32,000 nt of DNA from Coprobacillaceae bacterium. GTDB lineage: Bacteria; Bacillota_I; Bacilli_A; Erysipelotrichales; Coprobacillaceae. Each line of letters opens with the position of its first letter. Within the stretch, counting starts at the first letter, position 1. The DNA lies in contig OY780959.1 of assembly GCA_963675915.1 (NCBI GenBank), positions 2,460,001 through 2,492,000 of the forward strand, written 5' to 3'. Both the position numbers and the translations under genes were made by a program. The notes beneath the pieces are model-generated. The model saw nothing but the letters and a program-made list of their open reading frames with translations. It made no database searches and was not told the origin of the DNA. Of the stretch, positions 27,691 to 32,000 are shown one piece after another.

Positions 27691-28626
27691 ATGGGGACTA
27701 TTTTGAAACTTAAGCCAGTGTTCAAGGATGTTGTCTGGGGAGGAACCAAGCTAAAAGATGAGTTCGGTTATGACATTCCAACTGCCACAACTGGCGAGGC
27801 GTGGGTGCTTTCGGCTCATAAAAATGGTGATTGTGAAATTGAAACCGGGTTGTATCAAGGGAAAACCCTCAATGATATTTGGACCGGTCACCGTGAACTT
27901 TTCGGTGGAATCGACGGAGACAAATTCCCGTTGCTGGTAAAATATATCGATGCCAAAGGTGATTTGTCAGTCCAGGTGCATCCTGACGATGAATATGCCA
28001 GCAAACATGAAAACCAACTGGGGAAGACTGAATGCTGGTACGTTTTAGGAGCATCTGATAATACGAAAATGGTGATGGGACATCATGCCAAAACCAAAGC
28101 GGAACTCGTTGAAGCGATTGAAAAAGATGATTATGAAAATCTACTCAACAAATTCACAATTGATAAGGGAGACTTCTTCTACATTCCATCAGGAACGATC
28201 CATGCAATTTGCGCAGGTTCATTAATCTATGAGGCACAGCAATCTTCCGATGTTACCTACCGTGTTTACGATTATCATCGTAAAGACAAAGACGGAAATG
28301 AGAGAGAACTTCATGTCCAACAATCAATCGATGTGGCAACTGTTCCCTATGTGCCTTATCAGCTGGATTCCAACAGTTCAAGAAAAATCGAGAACGGAAC
28401 TGCGACCACGATGGTATCAAGCAACCATTTGACCCTGGTCAAATACGATTTGAATGGTAAAAACAAAATTGCCAATGAAAAGCCATTCCAATTGGTTTCG
28501 ATCATTGAAGGGAACGGGACTGTAGCAGGAATGGACATGACCAAAGGCGACAATTTCGTTGTCTGCAGTGACTGCGAAGCGGTTGAATATGATGGCACAA
28601 TGACCCTGATGGTAGTCACGTTATGA
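27691..28626 (+). CDS. manA: class I mannose-6-phosphate isomerase (cupin)
   Basis: GEAWVLSAH, LSVQVHPDD, KTECWYVL and GTIHAI metal and active-site motifs. RBS AAAGGAGA. Confidence 0.9.
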   Translation: MGTILKLKPVFKDVVWGGTKLKDEFGYDIPTATTGEAWVLSAHKNGDCEIETGLYQGKTLNDIWTGHRELFGGIDGDKFPLLVKYIDAKGDLSVQVHPDDEYASKHENQLGKTECWYVLGASDNTKMVMGHHAKTKAELVEAIEKDDYENLLNKFTIDKGDFFYIPSGTIHAICAGSLIYEAQQSSDVTYRVYDYHRKDKDGNERELHVQQSIDVATVPYVPYQLDSNSSRKIENGTATTMVSSNHLTLVKYDLNGKNKIANEKPFQLVSIIEGNGTVAGMDMTKGDNFVVCSDCEAVEYDGTMTLMVVTL

Positions 28627-28985
28627 TTGAACGGATAATTCTTCTTTTTCAACTCACCAACTTTCTGCTGATGATCATGGGGGTCTACTCCCTGGTCAAA
28701 ATCAGAGCAGTCAACGCCAAAGTCGACAAGTTGCTGCGATTGTCGAACAAGAAAAAAGAACAGGTTGCGGTCAAAAATTACCTGGACTGGTCCAAATATG
28801 AACTCACGTTCTGGAAAATGATGATTCCGTTGGGATTTGCAGCGCTGGCCACTACGGCTATTGCTTACTTGTTCAAGATTTTCATCGTCATGACAATTCT
28901 AGGTGGAGGCTATTTCATCTTTTTGGTGGTGTTGATTGTGTTTAGAAGCCGCAACAATGTGAAATATATCAATCGAAAAGTATAA
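28623..28985 (+). CDS. hypothetical small membrane protein (about 3 TM)
   Basis: 120 aa. ATGA overlap with the manA stop. Hydrophobic segments IILLFQLTNFLLMIMGVYSLV, MMIPLGFAALATTAIAYLF and IVMTILGGGYFIFLVVLIVF. No family recognised. Confidence 0.6.
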   Translation: MIERIILLFQLTNFLLMIMGVYSLVKIRAVNAKVDKLLRLSNKKKEQVAVKNYLDWSKYELTFWKMMIPLGFAALATTAIAYLFKIFIVMTILGGGYFIFLVVLIVFRSRNNVKYINRKV

Positions 28986-29013
28986 AAGAGTCCGTTTGAA
29001 AACGGACTCTTTT
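28984..29013. terminator. bidirectional terminator between the membrane-protein gene and yebC
   Basis: AAAAGAGTCCGT / ACGGACTCTTTT hairpin with A-run and T-run flanks. Confidence 0.8.
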
Positions 29014-29062
29014 ATTGCAATGAAAAAGGACAGACTTGAGCATCTGACCTTTGACAATTCGA

Positions 29063-29797
29063 TTATTCAGTTTCTTCGTAGTTTGAAACGTTGTGGACGA
29101 TTGTATCAACGTCATCACATTCGTTCAATAATTTCATCAGACGTTGGAATAATTCCATGTCCTCACCTTCAAGTTCAACGAAGTCATTGGCTTGAGTTAC
29201 GATTTCCTCAACATCGAAATCAGCATCCGGACACGCTTCTTCGATAGCTCCTTTGATTTTGTACAAATCGGTTGGCTCTCCAGTGATTTCGATATAACCA
29301 TCTTCATTTAATTCGATATCACGACAATCCGCATCAGCTTCCATCAGGGCCATCAAAGTTTCTTCTTCATCGAGTCCTTTGAATGAAAGCAGTGAGAATG
29401 TATCATAATTGAAAGATACTGATCCTTCATTTCCTAACTTAGATTTTGATTTAGTGAAAGCTGGACGTACATGTGAAATTGTACGGTTAATATTATCAGT
29501 CAGACATTTAACGATTACGGTAGAACCATTTGGACCATATCCTTCAAATGTTTTTTCTTGGTAATCTTCAGTTACACCTTGTTTTACTTTATCGATTGCT
29601 CTTTTGATTACATCCGCAGGAACTTGGTCCTTTTTAGCTTTATCGATAATTCTTCTTAATGATAAGTTAGCTTCCGGGTCAGGACCACCAGATTTCGCAA
29701 GCAGATAAATTTCTTTACCATATTTCGAATACACTTTTGATTTTGCGGCTGCTGTTTTGGCCATTGATGCTTTGCGCACTTCATGTGCTCTACCCAT
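29063..29797 (-). CDS. yebC: YebC/PmpR-family protein (transcriptional regulator / translation factor family)
   Basis: MGRAHEVRKASMAKTAAAKSKVYSKYGKEIY N-terminus typical of the family, 244 aa. RBS GGAGGAAT. Confidence 0.88.
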   Translation of the reverse strand: MGRAHEVRKASMAKTAAAKSKVYSKYGKEIYLLAKSGGPDPEANLSLRRIIDKAKKDQVPADVIKRAIDKVKQGVTEDYQEKTFEGYGPNGSTVIVKCLTDNINRTISHVRPAFTKSKSKLGNEGSVSFNYDTFSLLSFKGLDEEETLMALMEADADCRDIELNEDGYIEITGEPTDLYKIKGAIEEACPDADFDVEEIVTQANDFVELEGEDMELFQRLMKLLNECDDVDTIVHNVSNYEETE

Positions 29798-29979
29798 TGT
29801 CTAATTCCTCCTATTGTTATTAAAAATATACTAAATAATTATACGAAAAAACTGGCTTCAATGCAAGGAATCTTCATAATTAAAGGATATTTGGGCAGTA
29901 AATGCTGGCTTTGGCCAGTAAGTATGTAAAAATTTGATTAATTGTGATAAAATATATTAGTGTAATCATGAGGAGAATT

Positions 29980-31086
29980 ATGGAAACAATAATAATAATC
30001 GGGGCTGGCGCAGCAGGTCTTTTTGCCGCCAGCAAACTGAATCCAAGCAATTATCGGGTAGTCTTGCTCGAACAAAACAAAAAGGTCGGGAAAAAAATTC
30101 TGGCCACCGGAAACGGTCGGGCCAATATTTCAAACCTCGACATGCGTCCGGAATTCTACCATAACGGGGAAAGATTTGCGGACGATCTTGTTTCTTTCGA
30201 TATCAAAAAACAGTTTGAAGATTTGGGCATGTTGCTTCGCTATGACAATAGCCTGGTCTATCCGTACTCAAACAGTTCTAAAACGGTGGTGGATACGTTC
30301 TTGATGAATATGGAGAACGTTGAAGTGATCCTGGAATGTCGGGTTGATGCAATCAGACGCAAGGAACGCTATGAACTTGACACGACCAAAGGGATGATGA
30401 AGGCCGATATCATCATTGATGCCACCGGTTCAATCGCCGGGGGCTATAACGGTCTTTCGGCTCAACTACAACAATCATTGCCGGTTGAATATGTCGATTT
30501 GGAACCAGCGCTGGTGATGCTTAAAACCAGTCCGGTCTACAAAAGTATCAAAGGGGTTAGGGTCAAGGCCAAGGTATCGCTGTTAGTCAATGGCAGAGCG
30601 GTCGATTGGCGTCTTGGTGAAGTACTTTTCAATGATACGGGACTATCGGGAATCTGCATCATGCAGCTAAGCCGCCAATATCTCGATTACAAAAACGAAA
30701 ATGTGGAAATCAGCATTGATTTGTTGCCACAGATGTCGAAGGCCCAACAGGCGGAGCTAAATGAAAAATATCTCTTGAAATATCATGAGGATTATCGTAA
30801 ACTGATTTTCAATGAAAAATTGGCCGAAATGCTCAAAAAGGAAAAAGTGACCAACTTCAAGGATCTGCGCTTCAAGGTCACCGGTACTTTGGAATCAACC
30901 AGAGCCCAGGTGATGCGGGGCGGAATATCGCTTGATAGCATCAACGATGACTTTTCCCTGAAAGCATGGCCAGATTACTATGTTGTCGGAGAGGCTTTGG
31001 ATATCGACGGTGATTGTGGCGGATATAACCTCCATTTCGCTTTCACTTCGGCCAACAAAGTGGTCCAAAAAATTATGGAGGCATAA
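29980..31086 (+). CDS. HI0933/BaiN-like FAD-dependent flavoprotein
   Basis: IIIIGAGAAGLFAA dinucleotide motif, KILATGNGRAN, GEVLFNDTGLSG, VVGEALDIDGDCGGYNLHFA. ATG 29980 follows GAGGAG; the ORF-track GTG 29944 adds a non-conserved extension. Confidence 0.8.
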   Translation: METIIIIGAGAAGLFAASKLNPSNYRVVLLEQNKKVGKKILATGNGRANISNLDMRPEFYHNGERFADDLVSFDIKKQFEDLGMLLRYDNSLVYPYSNSSKTVVDTFLMNMENVEVILECRVDAIRRKERYELDTTKGMMKADIIIDATGSIAGGYNGLSAQLQQSLPVEYVDLEPALVMLKTSPVYKSIKGVRVKAKVSLLVNGRAVDWRLGEVLFNDTGLSGICIMQLSRQYLDYKNENVEISIDLLPQMSKAQQAELNEKYLLKYHEDYRKLIFNEKLAEMLKKEKVTNFKDLRFKVTGTLESTRAQVMRGGISLDSINDDFSLKAWPDYYVVGEALDIDGDCGGYNLHFAFTSANKVVQKIMEA

Positions 31087-31089
31087 ATT

Positions 31090-32000
31090 GTGTTGAAAAT
31101 TAATAATGTCAAAGTGGGATTGAACGATCAGGATTATCGCAAAATAATATCCCAGTTGTTGAACACATCCAAAAATAAGATCAGAAATGTGAAACTGGTT
31201 AAAAAATCAGTCGATGCCAGACGGCAAAAGGTGCACTTCATCTGTTCGTTTGTTTTTGAAATTGACAATGAGCAGGAAATGATGGCTAAGTGCAGGAAAC
31301 TGAATCTGCAAAGTTACCAAGAATATAATTATCCAAAAATCAAGCCTACCGGCGAGAAAATAGTCGTAGTCGGAAGCGGTCCGGCGGGACTTTTTTGCGC
31401 CTACAACCTGGCTCGAGCTAAGCAGCCGGTTGTTTTGATTGAGCGGGGAGAAGCGGTAGAGCAGCGCCAAAAGTCGGTGGCCCGTTTCCTGACATCAGGC
31501 AAGTTGAATTTTGAAAGCAATGTCCAGTTTGGTGAAGGTGGGGCCGGAACATTTTCAGACGGAAAACTGACTACCGGAATCAAGGATAAAAGGAAAGAAT
31601 TCGTTCTGGACACCTTTGTCAAATACGGAAGCCATGATGATATCAAATATGACAGTCTTCCTCATATCGGTTCGGATGTGTTGGTGGAGATATTGAAAAA
31701 TATGCGTGAGGCGATAATCGAGTGGGGAGGCGAAATCCATTTTGAAACCAAGATGGATGATATCGTTGTTGAAGATAATAAGGTAAAGGCGGTAATTGTT
31801 GAAAAAAACGGGTTAATGGAAACCCTGGTCTGCGACAAGTTGGTAGTTGCCCTGGGGCACAGTGCCCGGGACAGTTTCAAAATGCTCCATCATCGCGGGA
31901 TTGCGATGGAATCGAAGCCGTTTGCAGTCGGTCTTAGAATCGAGCATGACCGCGAATTCATCAACCAAAGCCAATTTGGCAAGTATGCGACCCATCCTTC
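31090..32000 (+). CDS. COG2509-like FAD-dependent dehydrogenase, 5' part only (continues beyond the window)
   Basis: Not in the ORF track because no stop is reached. My own translation from GTG 31090 (GGAGG 8 nt upstream) is open to base 32000. It gives MLKINNVKVGL...KIVVVGSGPAGLF...GEGGAGTFSDGKLTTG...PHIGSD...ALGHSARDSF...KPFAVGLRIEH. Confidence 0.8.
   Translation, partial: MLKINNVKVGLNDQDYRKIISQLLNTSKNKIRNVKLVKKSVDARRQKVHFICSFVFEIDNEQEMMAKCRKLNLQSYQEYNYPKIKPTGEKIVVVGSGPAGLFCAYNLARAKQPVVLIERGEAVEQRQKSVARFLTSGKLNFESNVQFGEGGAGTFSDGKLTTGIKDKRKEFVLDTFVKYGSHDDIKYDSLPHIGSDVLVEILKNMREAIIEWGGEIHFETKMDDIVVEDNKVKAVIVEKNGLMETLVCDKLVVALGHSARDSFKMLHHRGIAMESKPFAVGLRIEHDREFINQSQFGKYATHP

Noticed and set aside
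28996-29247. 83-aa plus-strand ORF
   Set aside because: It starts inside the bidirectional terminator and runs antisense to the yebC 3' end. There is no RBS.
31207-31995. Five small minus-strand ORFs (60-87 aa) near the window end
   Set aside because: All are antisense to a continuous plus-strand frame with clear FAD-dependent dehydrogenase motifs that the ORF track omitted only because it has no stop in the window.
1-32000. Scan for CRISPR repeats, tRNA or rRNA genes, IS elements or transposases, integrases, phage genes, toxin-antitoxin pairs and known defence-system domains
   Set aside because: None was seen. All intergenic gaps are short and explained by promoters, T-box leaders or terminators, and every long ORF has a housekeeping or transporter assignment. 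Long-range DNA repeats cannot be excluded by eye; a self-dot-plot would settle that.

Overview
Low-GC, Bacillota (Firmicutes)-style chromosomal core region, almost entirely coding. TGA is used as a stop, and two T-box leaders are present. Left to right: an M18 aminopeptidase; a Trp T-box-controlled trp operon, trpE-G-D-C-(F fused to B)-A, with an MnmM/YtqB-type tRNA methyltransferase translationally coupled to its end; and a stand-alone HPr-fold gene lacking the catalytic His15. Next comes a shortened dcw cluster (mraY-murD-murG-murB-divIB). It is interrupted by one opposite-strand small membrane protein with a long structured leader and then continues ftsA-ftsZ-proC, three tandem sepF paralogues, ylmH and divIVA. 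A T-box-controlled ileS follows, then an ABC/ABC-2 exporter pair, a DMT-permease / DD-carboxypeptidase / manA / small-membrane-protein unit, a minus-strand yebC, and two adjacent uncharacterised flavoproteins. The last flavoprotein runs off the window and is absent from the ORF track. I found no tRNA or rRNA genes, CRISPR arrays, transposases, integrases, phage genes or recognisable defence or toxin-antitoxin modules, and no convincing novel multi-gene system. The observations most worth follow-up are the sepF triplet with one copy lacking the N-terminal helix, the HPr paralogue with Tyr15/Thr17 but Ser46 retained, the unclassified structured leader with a Shine-Dalgarno (SD)-sequestering helix, and the in-frame trpF-trpB fusion. 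All functional calls rest on motif recognition by eye; no searches were run.
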